Positions 1 through 9,413 of a stretch of 64,000 nt of DNA are shown in pieces. Below the pieces are notes generated by a model, which saw nothing but the letters and a program-made list of their open reading frames with translations, was not told where the DNA came from and ran no database searches. Every line of letters begins with the position of its first letter. Within the stretch, counting starts at the first letter, position 1. The stretch is taken from sequence record NC_061445.1, one strand, 5' to 3'. Position numbers and translations under genes: made by a program.

Positions 1-14
1 CGTGCAAGTCAACA

Positions 15-2231
15 ATGACCATGAGTATCATGGCGAGCCTGATTCGTCTGCATTACTCTGGCATTAGTGTAGTGTTCGACTACGAAGGTTCAACCGATGC
101 AGAGTACGTTGCTGGTCAGTTGAAGACGTTCGGCGTTAAAGTTGATCCGAAGACAATCTTCGGTGTGCGTGACGACGAAGACGGTAGTTGGATCGTTAAG
201 CCTAAGATCCGTTACTATGCACCAGACAACGGTGAGCGCTTCTTCGATTATATGTCGATGCTGCGTCGTCGTCTGCCTGACAAGATCGTTGAGAAAGACG
301 GCTCTGCGTACTACATCTTTGAGAACAACAAAGAGAACGCGAAGAAGCTGGCTGGCAAGTACGACAAGAAATGGTTCAGTCGTAACAACCAGTTCAAAGT
401 CGCTGCGCCTGACGGTCACATGCAAGCGATGGTTATCGTTGACTCTTATCCGGCAATGCTGCCTGATCAGGTCGATGATGATGACGGTTCGAAAGCAATG
501 GCGCTGCAAGCGCGTATGTTCTCTGACGGCATCAAACGTTTCCGTGGCGGTATGCGTCGTAAGATGATGACCATCGTTGGCGTTAACCAGTTGCGTCAGA
601 AACCTGCTGTAATGTTCGGCAGCCCTGAGTATGAGCCCGGTGGCGATGCGTTGAAGTTCTACTGCTTCGACCGTGATACTCAGATTCGTACTAATCACGG
701 TGTGCTGACTGCACCTCAGATCAAAGAGCTGTTGGACAACGGCACTGAGGTGAGCGTTGAGTCGTTCGATGGCTACCAGAAGATCAATGGTGCGTGGAAA
801 GTTGAAGACGCTCCGTTCCCAATCGAACTGAACGCTGGTGGACACGCATACGTTGGTAGCGCTGAACACCGCCAGTTTACTTTCATGTTCGACACAACTG
901 CTGATGGTATGGCCGTGCTGCGTCCTGAGTGGAATACGCTCAACCAGCTTGCTCAGTACCCAGAGCAGAAAGGTCAGTATGCAGCACTGCGCGTACCGCC
1001 TGTGAAAGAACTGAAAGAGAACGTGCCTGATGCGTTTGATGAAGCAAGCCAGCTCGTTAGTAACCTGCTTGGTAATGCTGACTTCGAAAGCGTACAACTG
1101 CCTCTGGCATCTTTCGGTGATACCACGTTCGCAGCGAACGTACTGACCACCAATATGATTGGCGATCAGGACGATGTTCACACGTTCTCTTTGTGGGCAC
1201 GTCACCTGCTGTCTATCGGTATCTACGCGTATGCTGACGAAAGCGGTCTGCACATTCCGGGTCTGAACAAACATGAACTGGAAGCGGCTGTAGCGCAAGA
1301 CGAACTCGGTGCGTTTGCTGGTATCAGCTTCGAAGCCACCAGCCGTCAACGTCAAACGCAGATGCTGTCTGTTATCGCTGACGTGTTCCCTGAACTGACT
1401 CGCTACGTTCTGGACTATCAGTTGCAGACCGGTCAGGATAAAATCTATCTGGGCCCAGAGCAAGACTTTGCTCAGGCACTCGATCTGATTCTGCACAAAC
1501 AGATTGAAGGTTACGATGACCTGTACGATCTGCTGATGCAGCAACTGGCCTACGTTGAAGACTGGTACAACTTCGACAACTCAATCGTTCCTGTTCCGTT
1601 CACGCTGAAAGCTATCGTGAATCCGACTGAGTTCTGGGATGTGAACGTTGCCGAAACGTCTGTTGTGATCACTAACGGCTTCGTCAGTCACAACTCTGAT
1701 GTGCGTGTGCGTCTGGCCTCTCGTGCTGTTCCTGAAGGTTGGCCGAAACTCAAAGACGCTCCAGGCATCGTTGGTGAGAAGTCTGTTACTGTCGAAGGCG
1801 GCACTGACCGCTATCGTTTCATTGCTGCTAAGACCATCAAGAACAAGATGGGTGGCATCCCTAACCAGAGCACTTGGCTGCGCTTGTGGGAAGCTGACGG
1901 CAACGGTGAAGCGCGCGGCTTTGACCCAGTGTTTGATACGTGGCACTATCTGAAAACTCTCGGCCTGATTAACGGTACTCGTAAGAGCTTCAAGATCAAA
2001 GCGCCTTGCCCGCTCGCATCTGATGTTAAGATGGACTGGGATGACTTCCGTACTCTCATCAACGGCAGCAAGACTCAGGTTGTCGATGTGTGTAAGAAAC
2101 TGAAAGTCAAACCTGCTGGCTTGCGTCTGTGGTGCTTCAAGTTCGTGCAGTCCACCAAGGGCAACGAGATGTTGAAGAACGCTATCAGTAAGTCGGCGAA
2201 GTCTTCTAACGACGATGACGACGACGAGTAA
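15..2231 (+). CDS. recA: RecA/UvsX-like recombinase containing an intein (5' end probably outside the window)
   Basis: Walker B-like VIVDSYPAM, then QARMFS, VGVNQLRQK and YEPGGDALKFY|S-DVRVRL matching RecA-family motifs. No Walker A visible and the frame is open to the window edge. Acidic C-terminal tail NDDDDDE. Confidence 0.9.
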   Translation: MTMSIMASLIRLHYSGISVVFDYEGSTDAEYVAGQLKTFGVKVDPKTIFGVRDDEDGSWIVKPKIRYYAPDNGERFFDYMSMLRRRLPDKIVEKDGSAYYIFENNKENAKKLAGKYDKKWFSRNNQFKVAAPDGHMQAMVIVDSYPAMLPDQVDDDDGSKAMALQARMFSDGIKRFRGGMRRKMMTIVGVNQLRQKPAVMFGSPEYEPGGDALKFYCFDRDTQIRTNHGVLTAPQIKELLDNGTEVSVESFDGYQKINGAWKVEDAPFPIELNAGGHAYVGSAEHRQFTFMFDTTADGMAVLRPEWNTLNQLAQYPEQKGQYAALRVPPVKELKENVPDAFDEASQLVSNLLGNADFESVQLPLASFGDTTFAANVLTTNMIGDQDDVHTFSLWARHLLSIGIYAYADESGLHIPGLNKHELEAAVAQDELGAFAGISFEATSRQRQTQMLSVIADVFPELTRYVLDYQLQTGQDKIYLGPEQDFAQALDLILHKQIEGYDDLYDLLMQQLAYVEDWYNFDNSIVPVPFTLKAIVNPTEFWDVNVAETSVVITNGFVSHNSDVRVRLASRAVPEGWPKLKDAPGIVGEKSVTVEGGTDRYRFIAAKTIKNKMGGIPNQSTWLRLWEADGNGEARGFDPVFDTWHYLKTLGLINGTRKSFKIKAPCPLASDVKMDWDDFRTLINGSKTQVVDVCKKLKVKPAGLRLWCFKFVQSTKGNEMLKNAISKSAKSSNDDDDDE
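663..1694 (+). mobile_element. Intein (344 aa) in RecA with a degenerate LAGLIDADG-like interior
   Basis: Begins CFDRDTQIRT (Cys1, block A) and ends ITNGFVSHN followed by Ser+1. Removing it restores ALKFY-SDVRVRL. Confidence 0.93.
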
Positions 2232-2235
2232 CACA

Positions 2236-2265
2236 CGCGGGAGGGCTTCGGCTCTCCCATCTTTT
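2236..2265 (+). terminator. Intrinsic terminator
   Basis: GGGAGGGC-TTCG-GCTCTCCC followed by a T-run. Confidence 0.75.
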
Positions 2266-2281
2266 GTTTGAGGAGAATGTA

Positions 2282-2710
2282 ATGCGCACTCAAATCTTTA
2301 CCGCTGATATCCTTAATCTGGAAACAGTGACTGTCAACGAAGAAGACGGTAGTGAAGTTCGTACACCCACTATCGTGCCTAACGTTGAAGGCGAACCTGA
2401 GTTTAACATCTACACCATTCAGTCTCTGATTCAGTCAACAACTACCGGCGAGCCTGTGTCTGACACGCGCCTGATTGTGTTGATCACACCTGACCTGCTG
2501 GCGGGCTTCTCTACTAACGGTCTGGAAAACTACTTCGACCCTATTGCTCGCGTCGAAGATATCGCTGCTGGTAACGTCGGTAGCGTCCTCGGAAAACAGG
2601 TTGTTATCAACGACAAGTCTGTTGCGCCGTGTCTTGCAGTAGCAAACGTTAGCGATGTTGAAGAGGGTGTCACAATCCTCGCGTACAGCGCCGCGCAGGT
2701 AAAACTGTAA
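2282..2710 (+). CDS. Hypothetical protein
   Basis: ORF with GAGGAG SD. Confidence 0.75.
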   Translation: MRTQIFTADILNLETVTVNEEDGSEVRTPTIVPNVEGEPEFNIYTIQSLIQSTTTGEPVSDTRLIVLITPDLLAGFSTNGLENYFDPIARVEDIAAGNVGSVLGKQVVINDKSVAPCLAVANVSDVEEGVTILAYSAAQVKL

Positions 2711-2713
2711 ATA
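2705..2713 (+). promoter_or_regulatory. CTGTAAATA motif (candidate late/middle promoter)
   Basis: One of 11 mostly intergenic + strand copies. Confidence 0.5.
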
Positions 2714-2765
2714 CTGATTAACAACCGAACACAAATGCTGTGTGTAGTCTCGCCCGTCTTGGGCA

Positions 2766-2796
2766 TGGGAGAGCCGGATGGCCTCCCATTTTTTTA
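2766..2796 (+). terminator. Intrinsic terminator
   Basis: ATGGGAG...CTCCCAT followed by T7. Confidence 0.7.
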
Positions 2797-2811
2797 TTCT
2801 GAGGAATTTTT

Positions 2812-3885
2812 ATGAGCCAGCATAAAACTGAATTGTGGGATGAAGCTCTAGGCGGTGCACTGTCTGCTAAATACAATCAAACGGCTGAGTACGTCCCCGT
2901 GATTCGTAGCGTCAATGCACGACTCGTCGAGGAGATTGCTCCATTCCGTAGACGGCTTGTTGCGGGGTTTGAAAAGTTCCTGACTGACGCTAAAGGTAAG
3001 ATTGAATACTTCGGTCCTTCACTCGAACAGTTCGCGTTATGGCTACAGCCGAACGGTAACTTCCAAAAGTCTGACTATGATATTGCTGTATTGTCTCATA
3101 CGCATACCCATTTCTTTTGGCAGTATACCCGAGCAGAGTTTGAGTTCGAAGAAGAAGTGATGGAGCATATCATCGAATCAGAAACACCTACCAAGATACC
3201 AGCGTCAATCATCAAGCAACTTCCTTACTGGACTCAATGGGTACGCGCACCTATAGGCGTTGATATCACAGGGGAACCTGCTGCATCTCAAGGCGCTAAC
3301 CTGCACTTCTTTGGCGCTCTTGTGAGTTATTTGCGCTACGACAATAAAACGTTTCTGAATCTAAACGCGCCTGTGTTTACTGAGCGTGGGGATTGGAAAG
3401 ACCCAGCGCTTATGGCTGCTAACGTTCGCGTGTGCATTGATGATGACATTGACTTCACCGACCCGAATACAATCATTCCTTATATGCAGGGTACGCATGA
3501 AAATTTGAGTGAGGAAATGAAACAAAAGATATTCGGTGCTGTGCGTGAATGGGCGCCGAAGATGATCAGTTGTGTGTTGTTCTTGTGCTCCCAGCAAGAA
3601 GCAGTATACAAACAGGGTGCAGTGCAGCAAGCAGTTCGCCGTAAAGGCAACAACTATAAAATGCAAGCGCTGTCCAAATCGAAACAGTTTACTGTCGGCG
3701 GCGAGTTCGTTGACCAAATACGTGAGTACGAAGCTGACGCTATGCGCTCTGCATCATGGCAGCGCCGTGCTCATATCAGACGTGGGCACTATCACCACTT
3801 CTGGACAGGGCCAAAAACAGGTGAGCGTAAACTCATTTGCAAATGGCTTCCACCGAGCATTGTTCGCGGTACTGCCGCAGAGTAA
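2812..3885 (+). CDS. AcrVA2/FinQ-like protein
   Basis: Collinear motifs against the AcrVA2 sequence as recalled: WQYTRAEFEFEEE, IPASIIKQLPYW, VLFLCSQ, FTVGGEFVDQIREY, RAHIRRGHYHHFWTG..KWLPPSIV. Confidence 0.75.
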   Translation: MSQHKTELWDEALGGALSAKYNQTAEYVPVIRSVNARLVEEIAPFRRRLVAGFEKFLTDAKGKIEYFGPSLEQFALWLQPNGNFQKSDYDIAVLSHTHTHFFWQYTRAEFEFEEEVMEHIIESETPTKIPASIIKQLPYWTQWVRAPIGVDITGEPAASQGANLHFFGALVSYLRYDNKTFLNLNAPVFTERGDWKDPALMAANVRVCIDDDIDFTDPNTIIPYMQGTHENLSEEMKQKIFGAVREWAPKMISCVLFLCSQQEAVYKQGAVQQAVRRKGNNYKMQALSKSKQFTVGGEFVDQIREYEADAMRSASWQRRAHIRRGHYHHFWTGPKTGERKLICKWLPPSIVRGTAAE

Positions 3886-3933
3886 TAGCTCTTTTCTAAA
3901 CTCCACGTATGGGCGTTATGCCCGGAGGTTAAT

Positions 3934-4692
3934 ATGTCCCGTGTACAAACTCTATGGATTCCAGATATGGAATCGTATGAACCTTATGTCCGTTCTCTGT
4001 GTCATATGGCGCGAGCGCTGGAAAACAATGGCCTGAACTATGGTAAGTTGAAACGCGTAGTTGTTATCGGCCTGTCGAAACGCAGTGTTGAGTCTTACGT
4101 TAAACAACTGCTTAACTCTAACACTCTGCCTAACACTCTCGTCTGTTTCGGTATCGACGAAGCGCCTGACAGCCACAAAGAATTTTCGTTCATCGGCTCG
4201 CATGTTGTGTTGATGCACGACCTGACGTATGCCGGTGACAATGCGATGCACCGTGTGTCTCAACGTGTTCTCGAAATAATCCTGAGCTTGAAGCCTAAGC
4301 CACAAGACACTGAGCTTAAAAACGGTGCGCTGTCTCTCGTATACCAGAATCCTATGCTCTGGTCATTCATACGTGACACTGGCTCAAGTATGTACGGACA
4401 CAGCCGTCACATTCAATACGCAGAAGGGATCGCATCGACTGTCGGCGTAGATCAACTAATGTCCTGCGAGAACAACGAGGACTTCCATAAGCTCCATGCG
4501 CAGACAATCACAATCGGCCAAGAGTTCTTCTACGTTAAGACCTCAGAACTGCTGTCAAGGTTAGGCAGTCTTAGTTGGTCGCTCGGCTGCATAAACAGTG
4601 AGTTCAGAGCCGACTATAAAATCGTGCTGCATGAGGATCTGCGCATACCAATCTTCGAAGAATTTCTGTTAGGTGACTTCGGGGGCTTTTAA
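3934..4692 (+). CDS. Hypothetical protein
   Basis: 252-aa ORF with GGAGG SD. Confidence 0.75.
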   Translation: MSRVQTLWIPDMESYEPYVRSLCHMARALENNGLNYGKLKRVVVIGLSKRSVESYVKQLLNSNTLPNTLVCFGIDEAPDSHKEFSFIGSHVVLMHDLTYAGDNAMHRVSQRVLEIILSLKPKPQDTELKNGALSLVYQNPMLWSFIRDTGSSMYGHSRHIQYAEGIASTVGVDQLMSCENNEDFHKLHAQTITIGQEFFYVKTSELLSRLGSLSWSLGCINSEFRADYKIVLHEDLRIPIFEEFLLGDFGGF

Positions 4693-4765
4693 GAATATTC
4701 TTAGCCTGCTCTCTAATTTCTATATGTTGGCAAGTAGTGCTGACGTATCGTTATTGGAGAATAAC

Positions 4766-5026
4766 ATGTGCGAACGTAGCCATCTGCGGTTGAAGTACCT
4801 CGCACGGTCATCGAACTGGTGCAATAATAAAGTAAACGCTTGTAGTGAGCGGAAGGCGAGAGATGTTCAGTGCGAAGAATTTTTGGCTGCGACCAAAGAT
4901 TGTCGTTCGATTCAGAACTCGTCCAGTGTTGTTTCTTTCTTCTCTGGCCAAGAGCTTGTTGGTCAGGCTATCTGGCGTGAGATAGAGGGAGACAACATGC
5001 TTCAATTCCGGTTGCTACTTGCTTAA
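4766..5026 (+). CDS. Hypothetical protein
   Basis: ATG 4766 preceded by the SD hairpin GTTATT-GGAG-AATAAC. Confidence 0.6.
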   Translation: MCERSHLRLKYLARSSNWCNNKVNACSERKARDVQCEEFLAATKDCRSIQNSSSVVSFFSGQELVGQAIWREIEGDNMLQFRLLLA

Positions 5027-5032
5027 CGACAA

Positions 5033-5068
5033 AAGGGCTTTCAGAGAAAATCTGATGGCCCTTTTCTT
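5033..5068 (+). terminator. Intrinsic terminator
   Basis: AAAAGGGC..TCAGA-GAAAA-TCTGA..GCCCTTTT. Confidence 0.7.
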
Positions 5069-5121
5069 ATTCTATTGCTAATTTTCATCGACAAACACAC
5101 TAACCGAATCTGAGGTAATTT

Positions 5122-6762
5122 ATGTCTTTGATTTCACTTAAAGGCGTAGCGTCCACATCTGCCCCTACCAAAGCGCAGAAAGATGCTGCTGTCTATATGT
5201 TTGGCTCTAAGGGCCATTCAATCGTTGCTGTGCTCGACAAATTCAGTCGTGCGAAAGAGCTACGCACCGCACACGTTGACGGTATGCTCAAGATGATGAA
5301 AGAAGGTGAAGATGACGAGATCATCAAGTTCACCGAGTCTGCTGCGGGTCGTAAGGCAATCGCTGCTGCTAAAGCATTCGCCGTAGCTAAAACGCTGACC
5401 GCCAGTATCAAAGCGCTGAAACTGATTCGCGTTCCTGTTAAGTGGGTAGCTGGTCATTCAGACGCGGCTGCTGCGCGTATCACCGAGACAAAAGAGATTC
5501 GTGCTCGCAAGTCTGCTGCTGGTAAAGCAGAGAAGCCGATCAAGCTCGACAACCCGGGCGCACCTGAGTCTACCACAGTAGACAACAAAGTGATTGACGC
5601 GAAGAAAGGTTCTGCAACACCGGCAACCGATGACGTAAGCGTGATTGACCGTGTAGTCAAAAACCCTTCTATCAAAAACACGTCTATCATTATCCGCCGC
5701 CTCTTTAAAGGCCATGAGACTACATCTTCATTGATGTTCCGCAAGGGTGTCGGTACTCAATCGACGCTTCTGGGTCTTGGGTCTCACGGCAACGGACACG
5801 AGACTGGTGCCGGACTGCTGGTGGCTGCATTCAAAGCTACCGGCATCAAACCTAAGTGGTACTTAGCTGATGCTGGCGATGCTGCTTTCGATTTAGGTTC
5901 TGCTGCAAACGTAACGAAAGTGTTCAAGTGGTTGTCTGCGAGAAAGCCGGGCGAAACTTTTGCTGCCACTGCGAAGCTGCCTAAATCTGGTAAAGTACCT
6001 GCAGGTGCAACGCGTGTTGTGCGCGATCATATCGGCAAGCCTGAGCCTGTGTCGAAAGAAAAACTCGCTTCTTCGACGTTTGATTTTGTAGGCGTTAAGT
6101 CTGCTGCTGGTGGCGCACTTAAACTGCAATTCAAACAACCGAAGAATGACAACGAATGGTCACTGACAATCCGTCGTGATAAAGACTCTATTACGAGTGA
6201 CCACGATGGTTCTTCTGGCTACCAGACTGCTGAGTCTTTCCTGCAACGCGGTATTACTGCAATCGGCGGTTCTGTTGTCGCAGAGCACCAGCAGCCGGGC
6301 AGCGCGATCTTCCAGTTTGCGAGCGAAGATCAGGCTAAAGCATATATTGCTTGGCTTAAAAAGCAGAAAGCTCAAACCATCAACTACAAAACTGAGCCTA
6401 AGATCACGGTAACCAAAGCTGCTTCATACACACCGTCAGGTAAAACTGATGTTTCGCTGGTGGATGAAATGGCAGAAGTACCTGCACGTAAGATCGCAGC
6501 CAAACCTTTGCAGGCGCGTGAAGAATATTTCAATGCTCTGCGCAACATCCTGCAAAACAATCTGCCTAAGTCAGAAGTGTCCGCAACATCTAACGGTGTT
6601 GTCGTAGCGAAAGGCACCAAGATGTACACGATTCGCCTCGACGATAAATCGTGGACAATTCAGACTGGCGTTACTGGCAAGACAAAACGTATCGGCGCAA
6701 CGTTCGATATCGTTGATCTGCTCGGCATGATCGACAAGTCAATTCTGAGTCCCAAAGCGTAA
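5122..6762 (+). CDS. Lys/Ala-rich hypothetical protein (possible virion/internal protein)
   Basis: 546-aa ORF with GAGGT SD, basic composition, flanked by terminators. Confidence 0.7.
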   Translation: MSLISLKGVASTSAPTKAQKDAAVYMFGSKGHSIVAVLDKFSRAKELRTAHVDGMLKMMKEGEDDEIIKFTESAAGRKAIAAAKAFAVAKTLTASIKALKLIRVPVKWVAGHSDAAAARITETKEIRARKSAAGKAEKPIKLDNPGAPESTTVDNKVIDAKKGSATPATDDVSVIDRVVKNPSIKNTSIIIRRLFKGHETTSSLMFRKGVGTQSTLLGLGSHGNGHETGAGLLVAAFKATGIKPKWYLADAGDAAFDLGSAANVTKVFKWLSARKPGETFAATAKLPKSGKVPAGATRVVRDHIGKPEPVSKEKLASSTFDFVGVKSAAGGALKLQFKQPKNDNEWSLTIRRDKDSITSDHDGSSGYQTAESFLQRGITAIGGSVVAEHQQPGSAIFQFASEDQAKAYIAWLKKQKAQTINYKTEPKITVTKAASYTPSGKTDVSLVDEMAEVPARKIAAKPLQAREEYFNALRNILQNNLPKSEVSATSNGVVVAKGTKMYTIRLDDKSWTIQTGVTGKTKRIGATFDIVDLLGMIDKSILSPKA

Positions 6763-6767
6763 ACAAA

Positions 6768-6795
6768 GAGGGTAGCTTCGGCTGCCCTTTTTTAC
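6768..6795 (+). terminator. Intrinsic terminator
   Basis: GGGTAGC-TTCG-GCTGCCC followed by T7. Confidence 0.85.
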
Positions 6796-6860
6796 GTCTG
6801 ATCGACCTGAAAAGTGACTGTGACTTAACTCAAACTGAGACTGCCCAAGATCTGCGAAGT

Positions 6861-6915
6861 CTGCAAATAACTGGTCAAAATAGCTCTTTATACGCACACG
6901 CGCCCGTGATACAAT
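6861..6915 (+). promoter_or_regulatory. Boxed extended -10 promoter
   Basis: CTGCAAATAACTGGTCAAAA, TGGTCA 6872-77, 32 nt, TG-a-TACAAT 6910-15. Confidence 0.75.
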
Positions 6916-6968
6916 ATATGCAGACGCTACACAACGTAGCACATACAACTAATGCTGAGGAGCATACA

Positions 6969-7295
6969 ATGAAAACTTACAACGCTGAGAACAAACACGA
7001 AATCGAAGAATTTGCGGCTGAGATCAACAAACGCATGAAGCGTACCGATGCGAAAGCAATCGTGACCAACGCCTACGCAGACGACGAGTTTTGTTTGATG
7101 GTTGTTGAGTGGGACGCAGAACTGAATGAAGAAACTGGCGAGTGTGGTTACTTCATTGATATCCCGAGCGAAGACGGCGAGAAGCATCGCATCACTTATG
7201 CAGGTGTGCCTCACCCCGAAGATAAAGAGTACGTGTTCTACTTCGACATGTACGAAGAATTGATGCCTGAGATTGAACGTCTGAATCTCGCCTAA
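6969..7295 (+). CDS. Acidic hypothetical protein (probable early gene)
   Basis: SD hairpin ATGCT-GAGG-AGCAT; downstream of a promoter. Confidence 0.8.
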   Translation: MKTYNAENKHEIEEFAAEINKRMKRTDAKAIVTNAYADDEFCLMVVEWDAELNEETGECGYFIDIPSEDGEKHRITYAGVPHPEDKEYVFYFDMYEELMPEIERLNLA

Positions 7296-7348
7296 GCAAA
7301 TATCTGGTCAAAAGCGCCGTTGCTTGAAAACGTGTGACGGCGTATTAT
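7296..7348 (+). promoter_or_regulatory. Boxed sigma70-like promoter
   Basis: TGGTCA 7305-10, 32 nt, TATTAT 7343-48; TTGCTT -35 at 17-nt spacing. Confidence 0.65.
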
Positions 7349-7397
7349 GTAATCTCTAGCGCAATGACGCGCTCAACACTGAAAGAGGCAACAAACA

Positions 7398-7637
7398 ATG
7401 GCTGAGAAACAAGTAGTTCTTGATCTGATCGCAGACGTAGCATCACCTACAGAAGTTATCTTCGAAGACGGTCAATCGTCTAATGAGTGGCTCGCACCGT
7501 ACGATTTGCGCCTCACCGTGTCACTGCACACTGGCCCGAACGGCTACCCCGAAGTGAACATCATCGGCGATGAAGACGATCTGAAACGCTTCTTGTTTGA
7601 ACACGACTTTGAAGGTTCAGTCGAAGACGTGAAGTAA
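7398..7637 (+). CDS. Hypothetical protein
   Basis: 79-aa ORF with GAGG SD. Confidence 0.75.
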   Translation: MAEKQVVLDLIADVASPTEVIFEDGQSSNEWLAPYDLRLTVSLHTGPNGYPEVNIIGDEDDLKRFLFEHDFEGSVEDVK

Positions 7638-7645
7638 GTTGTTTG

Positions 7646-7673
7646 AGCGGGGCTTCGGCCTCGCTTCTTTTAT
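7646..7673 (+). terminator. Intrinsic terminator
   Basis: GAGCGGGGC-TTCG-GCCTCGCTT followed by T-rich sequence. Confidence 0.7.
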
Positions 7674-7694
7674 TCTGCCGAAGAGAAAGTAACT

Positions 7695-8201
7695 ATGAAG
7701 AATCAATATCTCGTTATTCGCATGAGTGCCGTTGACATATACGACCGTACATTTCTAATGCGTGGCTTCAATATGAAGCGCATCGAAAAAGTTATCGGCG
7801 TTATCGCTGTCGTCGGTGAAGGTCTGCTGACTTCTGATTCTAAGATGTACCATCTGTCTCGCGTCAACATCGATCTGTTGGCGTCTGATACACAGCAGAG
7901 CTGGGGACGCCTGAGCTGGTCAAGCATTGACGCCACGCTCATTGATTCTGGTATGCGCCGTCTGCCGCCAGAACTGCTTGATAGAATTAAGGCAATGCGC
8001 ACTAATCGCATCTATTACGGCGTCGATACGACGATACCAGAAGCGTTTCGTGACTGTCACACTGAGTTGGTGTATACGCCAAGCGCCGCTCGCAAGTTAG
8101 TAGATCGCGCCGAGAAACTTGCTGCGTTGAGTGAGTACAGCGTAGAAGATATTATCGCTCACCTGAAAACGCGCATTGAAGGCGTCACTATAGCTTTCTA
8201 A
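7695..8201 (+). CDS. Hypothetical protein
   Basis: ORF; start uncertain. Confidence 0.65.
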   Translation: MKNQYLVIRMSAVDIYDRTFLMRGFNMKRIEKVIGVIAVVGEGLLTSDSKMYHLSRVNIDLLASDTQQSWGRLSWSSIDATLIDSGMRRLPPELLDRIKAMRTNRIYYGVDTTIPEAFRDCHTELVYTPSAARKLVDRAEKLAALSEYSVEDIIAHLKTRIEGVTIAF

Positions 8202-8263
8202 TCGTTATCTGACTGTGGCGTTACGGCGCCACGTACTTCACAACTTAATTGAGAGAACATGCC

Positions 8264-8878
8264 ATGAACCTCGTAACAACTTTCTTCGTCAAACGCTCTT
8301 ACGCTTCACTCGCCGCTGGCAGTTTTGCAATCGACGCCAAACACGTTCAAGAGCTGATTGAATGTGAGTGCATGATCGTACACGTCGATACAGGCCATCG
8401 TAATGCGTTCGCCTTGAAGAACATCGCTCTGACGCCTATCGACGAGCACAACGTGCGCGTTACGTTCGACCCTCTGACAGACGCACACGCAATGCCGTCT
8501 TCTGTCATGCCGAAAGATCTGAAAGGCAGTATTCAAGTCTATGGCATGTACAGTGAAGATCTGAAAGACGTGCCACGCTTCGACGTGTCAAACGATGCGT
8601 CAGGCAACAACCCAAACATTCTGTCACTTGATCTTGAATGCCGCCAGCGCCTGATGCAGTATCACGGTGGCATGTGTACGCTGACCGAACTGTGCCTGTC
8701 ACTCTTTGAGAAAGGCATTCACATTGTCGATATTCATCACAACGTCAAACAGCACGATCACGGCGTCGGCGTTTTCACTCAGCGCTATCGCACTGCGTTT
8801 GAGCTGAACAAAGACAACGGCATTAAACGCCACAACGATGATTATCCAGTTCTGGCGCGTATGACTGTTTTAATGTAA
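8264..8878 (+). CDS. Hypothetical protein
   Basis: ORF with SD-like sequence. Confidence 0.7.
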   Translation: MNLVTTFFVKRSYASLAAGSFAIDAKHVQELIECECMIVHVDTGHRNAFALKNIALTPIDEHNVRVTFDPLTDAHAMPSSVMPKDLKGSIQVYGMYSEDLKDVPRFDVSNDASGNNPNILSLDLECRQRLMQYHGGMCTLTELCLSLFEKGIHIVDIHHNVKQHDHGVGVFTQRYRTAFELNKDNGIKRHNDDYPVLARMTVLM

Positions 8879-8887
8879 ACACACAAT

Positions 8888-8913
8888 GCCTCGCAACGTG
8901 CGGGGCTTTTTCT
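8888..8913 (+). terminator. Intrinsic terminator
   Basis: GCCTCGC-AACGT-GCGGGGC followed by T5. Confidence 0.65.
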
Positions 8914-8927
8914 ATTTGGAGAATGTT

Positions 8928-9188
8928 ATGGTATACGAACGCGAAGAACTTCAAGACATGCCGCTTGATGTGCTCTACCATCTGGCGTGCGCTAAAGGTC
9001 TGCTGGACGATCTCGACGATGAAGACGATGTGCCTGATCGTGAAGTGCTGGTGGGCATGATTCTTGATGCGCAGAGCGAAGATGAACAGGCAGAACAAAA
9101 CGCTGCCGACAAACAACGCGCCGAAGATGATCGCGATCCGCGTATCAATCGTCGTGATGGCCAAGACGGATCTGAGGACTACTGCTAA
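8928..9188 (+). CDS. Small acidic protein with a HeH (Rho-N-like) module
   Basis: LQDMPLDVLYHLACAKGL...DREVLVGMIL plus an acidic tail. Confidence 0.65.
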   Translation: MVYEREELQDMPLDVLYHLACAKGLLDDLDDEDDVPDREVLVGMILDAQSEDEQAEQNAADKQRAEDDRDPRINRRDGQDGSEDYC

Positions 9189-9406
9189 TGTCACCTACTG
9201 AACTGAATGAGTATGTTCACCTCGTACTGACGCCTGTTGCTATGGCATGGCGCGAGCAATTCCCCAAAAAGAAACAAACGATTTGTACGATGAAGACGCC
9301 GTACTCTTGTCGTATCAAGTTCGTTGATGACCGTGAAGTTGAAAAAGCGTGGCAAGCATTCTGCCGCACACACGGTATCAAGAACGAAGAAACACTCGAA
9401 GTCTAA
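9188..9406 (+). CDS. Hypothetical protein
   Basis: TAATG coupling. Confidence 0.7.
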   Translation: MSPTELNEYVHLVLTPVAMAWREQFPKKKQTICTMKTPYSCRIKFVDDREVEKAWQAFCRTHGIKNEETLEV

Positions 9407-9413
9407 ATTCAAG

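Noticed and set aside
90-2234. Minus-strand ORFs of 484 and 217 aa over recA
   Set aside because: They fully overlap a clearly conserved + strand gene; stop-codon avoidance is explained by codon bias.
6872-6915. TGGACA/TGGTCA read as a canonical -35 hexamer
   Set aside because: Spacing to the -10 is 31-33 nt, not 16-18, so it is treated as a separate upstream box.
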